Shown piece by piece: positions 57,176 through 64,000 of a DNA stretch of 64,000 nt; within the stretch, counting starts at the first letter, position 1, and the number at the start of each line of letters is the position of its first letter. The notes beneath the pieces are model-generated. The model made no database searches, was not told the origin of the DNA, and saw nothing but the letters and a program-made list of their open reading frames with translations. A program made the position numbers and the translations under genes. The stretch covers positions 1 to 64,000 of the forward strand of contig CBFIGY010000002.1 of the NCBI GenBank assembly GCA_965662235.1, in the 5' to 3' direction. This DNA comes from an uncultured bacterium. Lineage in GTDB: Bacteria > SAR324 > NAC60-12.

Positions 57176-58626
57176 TCCTCCTGCTGCTGGGACTCTTCCC
57201 CAGCCTCGTTTGGGCACAGGCGTCCCTCCGGGTCGAGCAGTCTGTGGTCCGGATCACCAACTACCAGCAGACGCCTGACTGGCAGGAGCCGTGGCGGCTT
57301 TCGCCCACCATCTCCAACACCGGAAGTGGCTTCCTCATTGAAGGCGGCCTCATCCTCACCAACGCCCATGTCGTCAGTGACTCTCGGATGCTGCTGGTCA
57401 ACAAGCACTCCAATCCGGAGCCGTACATTGCGCGTGTGTACGCTGTGGCACACGACTCCGATCTCGCTCTGCTTGAGGTCCAGGATCCGGAGTTTCAGAA
57501 CGACCTCACGCCTCTGCCATTCGGAGAGTTGCCTCAACTCCAGAGCCGCGTCCGGGCCTATGGTTACCCGCAGGGAGGACAGGACCTCTCCCGCACAGAA
57601 GGGGTCGTGTCGCGCATTGAGTTCGGAACCTACGTTCACCCAGGCATTGACGCGCACCTGCTGGTTCAGACCGACTCGGCCATCAACCCAGGCAACAGCG
57701 GCGGCCCGGTCATTCAAGACGGCCTTGTCGTCGGAGTCGCCTTTCAGTCGAACCTGCGCCTGAACGACGTGGGCTACTTCATCCCCACACCGCTGGTGCG
57801 ACGCTTCCTGAAGGACATCGAAGACGGGCACTACGACGGGGTTCCCGAGATTGGCATTCAGACGACTTCCCTGCTCAATCGGCACCTCCGTGACTACCTG
57901 GAGCTTCCGGAGGGGCAAGAGGGGGTGATTGTGGAACGCGTGCTGCCCGGCTCTTCAGCCGACGGGTTGCTGCAGCCCGGAGACGTCTTGCTTGAGGTGG
58001 GCCCCCGGAAGCTGGACCTGGCAGGAATGGTCCCTTACAAGGGACAGATTGTGGACTTCTTCATTGAATCGGAGGAGAAGCAAGTCGGTGACCCGCTACC
58101 GTTGAAGATCTGGCGGAGCGGCACCCTGAAGGAGGTCACGCTGAGCCTGAAGCCTCCGCCCTTCAGCAACGAGCTGCGCAACAGCTACGACCGGCTTCCG
58201 GAGTACCGCATTTACGGAGGACTCGTGTTTGTCGTGCTCTCCCGGAATCTCATCCAGGCCCAAAAAGGATTTCCGCCGGTGCTGGCCTACGAACACTGGT
58301 TCCGGGAAGCCGAGCAGCCGGGAACGCGCCGGCAGCAAGTGGTGGTGGTGTCTCAGGTGTTGCCGCTTCCCTGCAATGCTGGATACGCTGGCCTTGAGAA
58401 TTATGTGGTCGATGAAGTGAACGGGGTGCGCATCACCTCGCTGGCCCACCTTGATCAGGTGCTGCAGAACCTTCCAGAGGAAGAGCGCTTCCTGGTCCTG
58501 ACCAGTGAATGGAGCCCCACCCCGGTCATCCTCAACCGCCAGGAAGCAGAAGCGCAGGAGCCCGAACTGTTCAAACGCTACGGCATTCCGGCCCTGAAAC
58601 GCCTAGCTTCCTCGGAGGCGTCATGA
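57163..58626 (+). CDS. HtrA/Deg serine protease (trypsin plus two PDZ-like domains)
   Basis: Signal peptide; triad TNAHVV, DLALL, AINPGNSGGP. Confidence 0.92.
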   Translation: MGRLILLLLGLFPSLVWAQASLRVEQSVVRITNYQQTPDWQEPWRLSPTISNTGSGFLIEGGLILTNAHVVSDSRMLLVNKHSNPEPYIARVYAVAHDSDLALLEVQDPEFQNDLTPLPFGELPQLQSRVRAYGYPQGGQDLSRTEGVVSRIEFGTYVHPGIDAHLLVQTDSAINPGNSGGPVIQDGLVVGVAFQSNLRLNDVGYFIPTPLVRRFLKDIEDGHYDGVPEIGIQTTSLLNRHLRDYLELPEGQEGVIVERVLPGSSADGLLQPGDVLLEVGPRKLDLAGMVPYKGQIVDFFIESEEKQVGDPLPLKIWRSGTLKEVTLSLKPPPFSNELRNSYDRLPEYRIYGGLVFVVLSRNLIQAQKGFPPVLAYEHWFREAEQPGTRRQQVVVVSQVLPLPCNAGYAGLENYVVDEVNGVRITSLAHLDQVLQNLPEEERFLVLTSEWSPTPVILNRQEAEAQEPELFKRYGIPALKRLASSEAS

Positions 58627-60053
58627 GAGCCGGACTGTTCTTCCTCCTGCTCGTTTGGAGCACGCTCTCCTGGGCGGCTCCGGAGCACTCGGCGCCCCCG
58701 CTCGCCACTGTGGAGGTCTACCGTCAGGACTACGACTGGCTCACTCCGTGGAACCGAAAATCGGTGGAATCGGAGACCGCTCGTGCGTGGCAGGTGCAGC
58801 AGGGGTGGTGGCTGACCACCGCAGATGTTGTTGGGAATGCCTCCCTCGTTCAGCTCCGGCCTCTGGGACAGCCCACCAGTCAGGAAGCCCAGATCCGCTT
58901 CTTTGATGATGACGCCAACCTAGCGTTGCTGGAGACCGCGTCTCCTGACAACACCTCTACTGTCACTTGGGGAGAAGCCACCCCCGGAGAGGCGACCGTG
59001 GCCTACTTCGACCACCAGGGAGCGCAAGAAGGCTCCATCACCCTCGATCAGCTGGCACTGGGCTTCCGGAAGCAGACCGACACCTGGCTGCCGGTGTACA
59101 CCGGTTCCATGGGAGACCTTCCTCTTACGTCAGGCCTGCCGGTATTGCAGTCCGGAGGCGTCATTGGCATGATGGTGCAACGGGGTTCGGCACCTCCGCA
59201 CCTTCTGCCGGCTCAGATTCTGGAAAACTTTGTGGAGCAGGCTCACTCCGGAACCCTCGCCCGCTTGCCTCAACGGGGCTTCAACTGGGGCATGATTCCC
59301 CAGCCCAGTGTTGCCGCACAGCAAGGCTTCCCGGAAGATGCCCAGGGCGCTTGGATCACCCAGGTTCTGGAAAGCGGCACCGGCTCAGAAGTTCTGCAGC
59401 AGTTTGACCTCTTGACCCGCATCAACGAGTGGGAAGTGGACTTTGAGGGACAGATTCGCCACCCGCAGTGGGGCCGTGTGCCCTTGGACGTCCTGCTGAT
59501 GAACCAGTTTTCCGCTGGAGACGTGGTGCAGCTGGAGGTCTACCGAGGCTCCCAAAAGCAGCTCTTGACCACGACCATTGCCGCCCGTCAGGTCAACCGC
59601 CACCTCCCACTCCGAACCCGGAACCAAGCTCCACGGTACGTGCTCCGCGGCGGCCTCCTGTTTCAAGAACTGACCTACGACTACCTGAGCATCTGGGGCG
59701 AACGCTGGGCCGATCAAGCCCCCGTCCGGCTGAGGCTGTTTCCGCTCCTAGATGAGCTGCGTCCGGGAAATTCCAACCAGCGCATTGTCCTTCTGTCTCA
59801 GGTCCTTCCGGATGCCATCAACATTGGCTACGAGGACCTGGAACACGAGGTGGTGGAGGCCGTCAACGGTCAGCCCATCCACCGCCTAGAAGACCTCCTC
59901 AAGGCCCTGGAATCGCCACAAGGGGGCTACCACCGGATTGAATTCATGTCAGGTGCAACCCGGCATCAGGTGGTTCTTCCTGTTGACGAGTTGCCTGCCG
60001 CGCATCAACGGCTGATGCGCAACTACCAAATCCCTGCTCTGGAGCACCTGTGA
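58623..60053 (+). CDS. Deg-like pseudoprotease with PDZ-like domains
   Basis: Colinear with the upstream protease but TTADVV, ANLALL, LTSGLP; GGLLFQEL, LSQVLP..NIGY. Confidence 0.8.
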   Translation: MRAGLFFLLLVWSTLSWAAPEHSAPPLATVEVYRQDYDWLTPWNRKSVESETARAWQVQQGWWLTTADVVGNASLVQLRPLGQPTSQEAQIRFFDDDANLALLETASPDNTSTVTWGEATPGEATVAYFDHQGAQEGSITLDQLALGFRKQTDTWLPVYTGSMGDLPLTSGLPVLQSGGVIGMMVQRGSAPPHLLPAQILENFVEQAHSGTLARLPQRGFNWGMIPQPSVAAQQGFPEDAQGAWITQVLESGTGSEVLQQFDLLTRINEWEVDFEGQIRHPQWGRVPLDVLLMNQFSAGDVVQLEVYRGSQKQLLTTTIAARQVNRHLPLRTRNQAPRYVLRGGLLFQELTYDYLSIWGERWADQAPVRLRLFPLLDELRPGNSNQRIVLLSQVLPDAINIGYEDLEHEVVEAVNGQPIHRLEDLLKALESPQGGYHRIEFMSGATRHQVVLPVDELPAAHQRLMRNYQIPALEHL

Positions 60054-61123
60054 CCGGTCCGACCTCCCTTCCGCGCGCCACAGAGGGTGCCGTTCTCAAG
60101 ACCTACCTCGACCAGGCCGGGTCCGTGGTCCGCCAAGCAGCCCTTGCGCGCATCAGGGACGAGCCCTATGGTGAGGACCTTTATCCGCTGATGCGGGACT
60201 ACCTGGAGCGTGGAGGCAAGGGCTTTCGACCGGCACTGGTGCTGCTCTGCTGCGAGTGGTTTGGTGGCTCCGTGGAGCAGGCTCTGCCTTCCGCAGTCGC
60301 GCTGGAGCTGTTCCACAACTTTGCGCTCGTCCATGACGACATTGAGGACTCCTCTAGCTTCCGTCGTGGCCAGCCCACGCTGCACCGTCTCCATGGCATC
60401 CCACTCGCGCTCAATGCCGGAGATGCCCTGCTCGGGCTGGTGCATGAGACCCTGCTAGAAAACTTCACCCTTCTGCCACATTCGGTCGCCCTGCAGCTCC
60501 ACCAGCACTTCAACCAGGTGATGCGCCGGACCTTTGAAGGACAGTCCCTAGACATCGCCTGGGTCAGTCAAAACCGCATGCCGTCCCGGGACGAGTATGA
60601 GGCCATGATTGAGCGTAAAACCGGATGGTACTCGGGAACCGGCCCCTGTCAGGCCGGAGCCTTGCTCGCTGAAGCGTCTGCGGAACGGGTGGCACAGGTG
60701 GGGCGCCTGGGACGGTCGATTGGCATTGGCTTCCAGATCCGGGACGACCTTTTGAATCTGACAGAGTCCAGCACCCTTGTGGCGCCTCAAGGCGGCGGCG
60801 GCGGCTACGGCAAGGAACAAGGGGGAGACTTTGCTGAAGGGAAGCGTACTCTGATTGTGATCGAGTTGCTGGAACGTCTGGCTCCTTCTGACCGTGAACG
60901 CCTGGAGGCCCTGCTGCTGCTGCCTCCGGAGCAGACTCCCGAGACGGAGATCCAGTGGGCGATTGAGCAAGCCCACCAGAGCGGCGCCCTGGAAGCGGTC
61001 CAGCAGGTCTGCAACCAGCATGCGCAGGAGGCGCAGAGGCTGCTCTCCAACCTCCCAGAGCACCCGGTACGAAATTTGCTTTCAGAATTGGTCGGCTATT
61101 TGGCTCAAGAGCGCCTTTCCTGA
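60050..61123 (+). CDS. Short-chain polyprenyl (GGPP/FPP) diphosphate synthase
   Basis: GGKGFRP, FARM FALVHDDIED..RRG, GQSLD, KT, FQIRDDL, GDFAEGKRT. Confidence 0.92.
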   Translation: MTGPTSLPRATEGAVLKTYLDQAGSVVRQAALARIRDEPYGEDLYPLMRDYLERGGKGFRPALVLLCCEWFGGSVEQALPSAVALELFHNFALVHDDIEDSSSFRRGQPTLHRLHGIPLALNAGDALLGLVHETLLENFTLLPHSVALQLHQHFNQVMRRTFEGQSLDIAWVSQNRMPSRDEYEAMIERKTGWYSGTGPCQAGALLAEASAERVAQVGRLGRSIGIGFQIRDDLLNLTESSTLVAPQGGGGGYGKEQGGDFAEGKRTLIVIELLERLAPSDRERLEALLLLPPEQTPETEIQWAIEQAHQSGALEAVQQVCNQHAQEAQRLLSNLPEHPVRNLLSELVGYLAQERLS

Positions 61124-61297
61124 GCCGGGATTCTTCCGAATGGACAATCCAATCAGAATCCACTATTCCTATAAGGGGATTCCGCTCGTGTCCTGCCCAC
61201 TTGTGTGTGTGCTCCGTTTCAGCGACGGAGGAGGTGGCGTGTTGCCCCACGGCCAGTTTTCACCTCACAACTCAGAATCCACCTACTGAAGAAACGC

Positions 61298-62611
61298 ATG
61301 CTCTCAGATCAAGAACGACAGATCATCCGTAATCTTGGGGAAATTCAAGACCCCTTGAAGCTGTTTGATGTTCTTCATGCGGCCAAAGAGAAGCTACTCT
61401 CAGAGCTCCGGAGCGCGAGCCGAAACACCATTAAAAGTAGCATCCTCCGCAACGTCAACAAGCGTAACACCTCTGGTGGTGAGGGGACCGAGCTGGAAAT
61501 GACCGGTTCTCGGCTGGCGGCCCTGTCTTCTCTGAAGAGTGCGGCTCGTCACGTGGAAGAACTCCAGGCCAATCCGTTCAACTCCAAGGCCCGTTTGGAA
61601 CTGGTGGAAGCGTACGTCAAGCGGGGGGAAGAGGACCACCTGATCCTCAACCGAGATGCCTTCCTGCTGGCGCTGATGGAGGTGGAGCATCAGGACCCGA
61701 ACACCCACACCCTCCGGGTGGCGTCCATTGCGCAAAAGAAGTACCTCGACTCCCTAGAGGCCTTCCTCAAGGCAGAGAACGCCGAGGTCCAGGATGCAGC
61801 CCAAAATGTGGACCAGATCAAAGAAGCGAACCGCAAGCTGTGGTACGTCTCAGAGATGGCCAAGACCTTCAAGCACCGGACCTTCAAGGAAGACGCCGAG
61901 TTCCACGTCAACGAGATCCTCAAGACCGGACGGGTCAAGCGGGATGACATTGGTGCCCGACTGGCTCCGCTGATTGAAGTGCTCGGGAACCTCCCCAGCG
62001 CAACCGGCTCACGTGAACGGGTGATGGATGTGCTGGGAAGAGTCTCGTCCAAACACGCACTCGCAGCCCACTACCAAGGACAGCTGCTGCGCAAGGATGC
62101 TCGGATCCTGATGATGCGGTTCAAGGCTGGAGAAAAGGAGAAGGGGCCTGAAGTGCTCAGCACGTTGGACAGTGCTCTGGTGCATGCCCGGAATTCGATC
62201 AAGCTGATGAAGGGGACCACGAGCCGGGTTGAGCAGGCGCTCTGCATCAAGGAGTTTGGCTTCCTCTGCCTCGCCGTCAGCCAGTACTACCCCATGACCG
62301 GCACCAACATCCGCTCCGAGCACGTCCGTTTGATTGAGACGGCGGCCCGCATGCTGGGGATGGTGTCTCAGGATCGCGGAATCTCCGAGCTGCAGAAGAA
62401 GCTCATCAGCAGCATTCAGACGTTTAAGAAAGCGGCTGGTAAGTCCAGCCAGTCAACGGATGCAGAAGAGGAGAAGAGCCCGAAGGCGGACGCCCGGAAC
62501 AAGTTCTTCACCCGGGAGGTGCCCAAGGAAAAGGTCCTGGGCTCCAACGAGGACTTCAACAAGCCGACCAAAGACTTCTTCGAAAAACCGATCCCAGAGG
62601 ATCAGTTCTGA
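61298..62611 (+). CDS. Hypothetical helical protein
   Basis: 437-codon ORF with host-like codon usage; no motif recognised. Confidence 0.75.
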   Translation: MLSDQERQIIRNLGEIQDPLKLFDVLHAAKEKLLSELRSASRNTIKSSILRNVNKRNTSGGEGTELEMTGSRLAALSSLKSAARHVEELQANPFNSKARLELVEAYVKRGEEDHLILNRDAFLLALMEVEHQDPNTHTLRVASIAQKKYLDSLEAFLKAENAEVQDAAQNVDQIKEANRKLWYVSEMAKTFKHRTFKEDAEFHVNEILKTGRVKRDDIGARLAPLIEVLGNLPSATGSRERVMDVLGRVSSKHALAAHYQGQLLRKDARILMMRFKAGEKEKGPEVLSTLDSALVHARNSIKLMKGTTSRVEQALCIKEFGFLCLAVSQYYPMTGTNIRSEHVRLIETAARMLGMVSQDRGISELQKKLISSIQTFKKAAGKSSQSTDAEEEKSPKADARNKFFTREVPKEKVLGSNEDFNKPTKDFFEKPIPEDQF

Positions 62612-62614
62612 ACC

Positions 62615-63646
62615 CTACAGCAACGCCATGATGCTGTCAGCGACACTCTCCAAGGCCACAGACTTCTCGGCGGCGCCGTTGAGCGTAGCTTCTCGGGGCA
62701 TGCCGTACACCACACTGGTGGCTTCATCCTGAGCCAACGTCCGGGCTCCTGCCTGACGCATGGCCAAGAGTCCCCGGGCTCCATCTGAGCCCATTCCCGT
62801 CAAGATCACCCCCACCGCATTGTTTCCTGCCGACTCCGCGACCGACTGCATCAGCACGTCCACCGACGGACGGTGTCGCGAAACCGGAGGTCCCTGTTTG
62901 ACCGAAGCCACGTAGCGGGCGCCATTGCGGCGAAGCAGCAGGTGGTAGTTTCCGGGGGCCAACAGCACCAGCCCATCCCGCAGCTCATCTCCGTCTTTTG
63001 CCTCCCGGACCTCCATCTCGCACAACGAATTCAGGCGATCCGCAAAGGACTTGGTGAAGAACTCGGGCATGTGCTGCACCACCACAATTCCGGGAGACGA
63101 CGCCGGCATGCGCTGGAGCACCACACGCAGGGCCTCAGTGCCACCGGTCGAAGCGCCAATGGCGATGACCTTGTTGGTGGTTGTCTTCAGCAGCGGTTCC
63201 TTGCGGGCCTCAACCATCGGGGCTGGAGCACGGTGCCGGACCTGTACCTGAGACGCCCGGACCACCACATCAATCAAACGCCCCATCAGCTCCTGCAGCC
63301 CATGCGTCAGGTCCGCCTTCGGCTTGGGAAACACGTCAATCGCGCCCAGCTCCAGCGCCTTCATGCTGATCTCCCGACGTCCCTCCAGAAGGGAGCTGAA
63401 GACCACAATGGGCAGCGGCCAGTGCTTCATCAGGACCGAGATGAACTCCAGACCGTCCATGCGGGGCATTTCCAGGTCCAGGGTGATGACATCCGGCTTC
63501 ACCTGAACAATCTTGTCCCGAGCCTCATAGGGGTCTCCGGCGGTGCCCAGCACCTCAATGCGGGGGTCTTTTCCAAACTCACGGCTGAGGACACTCCGAA
63601 TGACAGCGGAGTCGTCCACAATTAACACACGTGCTGGAGATGCCAT
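62615..63646 (-). CDS. cheB: Chemotaxis response regulator methylesterase
   Basis: REC (VDDS, LDLEMP, KP) plus GASTGG, VQHMP, HRPSVD, LTGMGSDG. Confidence 0.97.
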   Translation of the reverse strand: MASPARVLIVDDSAVIRSVLSREFGKDPRIEVLGTAGDPYEARDKIVQVKPDVITLDLEMPRMDGLEFISVLMKHWPLPIVVFSSLLEGRREISMKALELGAIDVFPKPKADLTHGLQELMGRLIDVVVRASQVQVRHRAPAPMVEARKEPLLKTTTNKVIAIGASTGGTEALRVVLQRMPASSPGIVVVQHMPEFFTKSFADRLNSLCEMEVREAKDGDELRDGLVLLAPGNYHLLLRRNGARYVASVKQGPPVSRHRPSVDVLMQSVAESAGNNAVGVILTGMGSDGARGLLAMRQAGARTLAQDEATSVVYGMPREATLNGAAEKSVALESVADSIMALL

Positions 63647-63649
63647 GGG

Positions 63650-64000
63650 TTACCCTTCCATCAAACGAGATTCTTTACGGAAGTCGAAGCTCTGCAGGTA
63701 GCTCATTCGAATTTTTCCTGTAAGAGTATCAAAGACAATTTTTCGACCGAGGTCTCCCCCGATGTCCTGTCCCAAAATGGGAACTTCTAAGCGAGAGAGA
63801 ACCCGGAAGGTAATCGCCAGGTTCCGAGAACCCACCGACAGCATCTTGCTGCTCATGTTGGTTGAGATGCCACTGGCTCCCCCGAAGACCTTGGCCACCA
63901 TGTCCCGTTTTTGGCAGCCGGACTCCATCATGAGGTCAAACAAAACATACGTTCCCACGTTGGCATAGCGGGTGGAAGCGCTGCCTTCTGCACTCACCGG
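63650..64000 (-). CDS. cheD: Chemoreceptor glutamine deamidase CheD (5' end outside window)
   Basis: RYA, AKVFGGA, VGSRN, DIGGDLGRKI; directly upstream of cheB. Confidence 0.85.
   Translation of the reverse strand, partial: PVSAEGSASTRYANVGTYVLFDLMMESGCQKRDMVAKVFGGASGISTNMSSKMLSVGSRNLAITFRVLSRLEVPILGQDIGGDLGRKIVFDTLTGKIRMSYLQSFDFRKESRLMEG

Noticed and set aside
1..64000. CRISPR arrays, IS elements, integrases, defence systems
   Set aside because: No regularly spaced repeat-spacer units, transposase, recombinase or nuclease-effector motifs recognised.

Overview
GC-rich (roughly 60% by eye), densely coding bacterial chromosome segment with about 60 supportable CDS. I found no rRNA, tRNA, CRISPR array, IS or prophage. 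Gene content (ftsH-cdaA-cdaR-pdxJ, cheD-cheB, lptB-rpoN, long FliO) suggests a flagellated delta-proteobacteria-like organism, possibly SAR324; this is inference only. Housekeeping content includes a polyamine ABC transporter, a cysteine desulfurase, a sigma28-driven flagellin, xth/rsmG, tol genes, c-di-AMP synthesis, RNase G, ispE, fli export genes, rpoN-pspA, uppP and cheB/cheD. The best candidate for an undescribed system is a minus-strand unit at 48229-49420. It comprises a TGC-N4-GCA palindromic operator, a phasin/PhaF-like protein with an Ala/Lys/Pro tail, a 64-aa protein matching the SutA RNA-polymerase-binding motif, and a structured RNA element whose loops are GGA-rich on one strand and C-rich on the other. 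Other notable items are a catalytically dead M1 peptidase fused to an Omp85-like barrel, an active/dead Deg protease pair, a sigma54 with a ~65-aa insertion, a PilZ-pseudoreceiver, and phased GGAC-A-tract repeats at the window start. All product calls come from motif recognition by eye; no database search was run.
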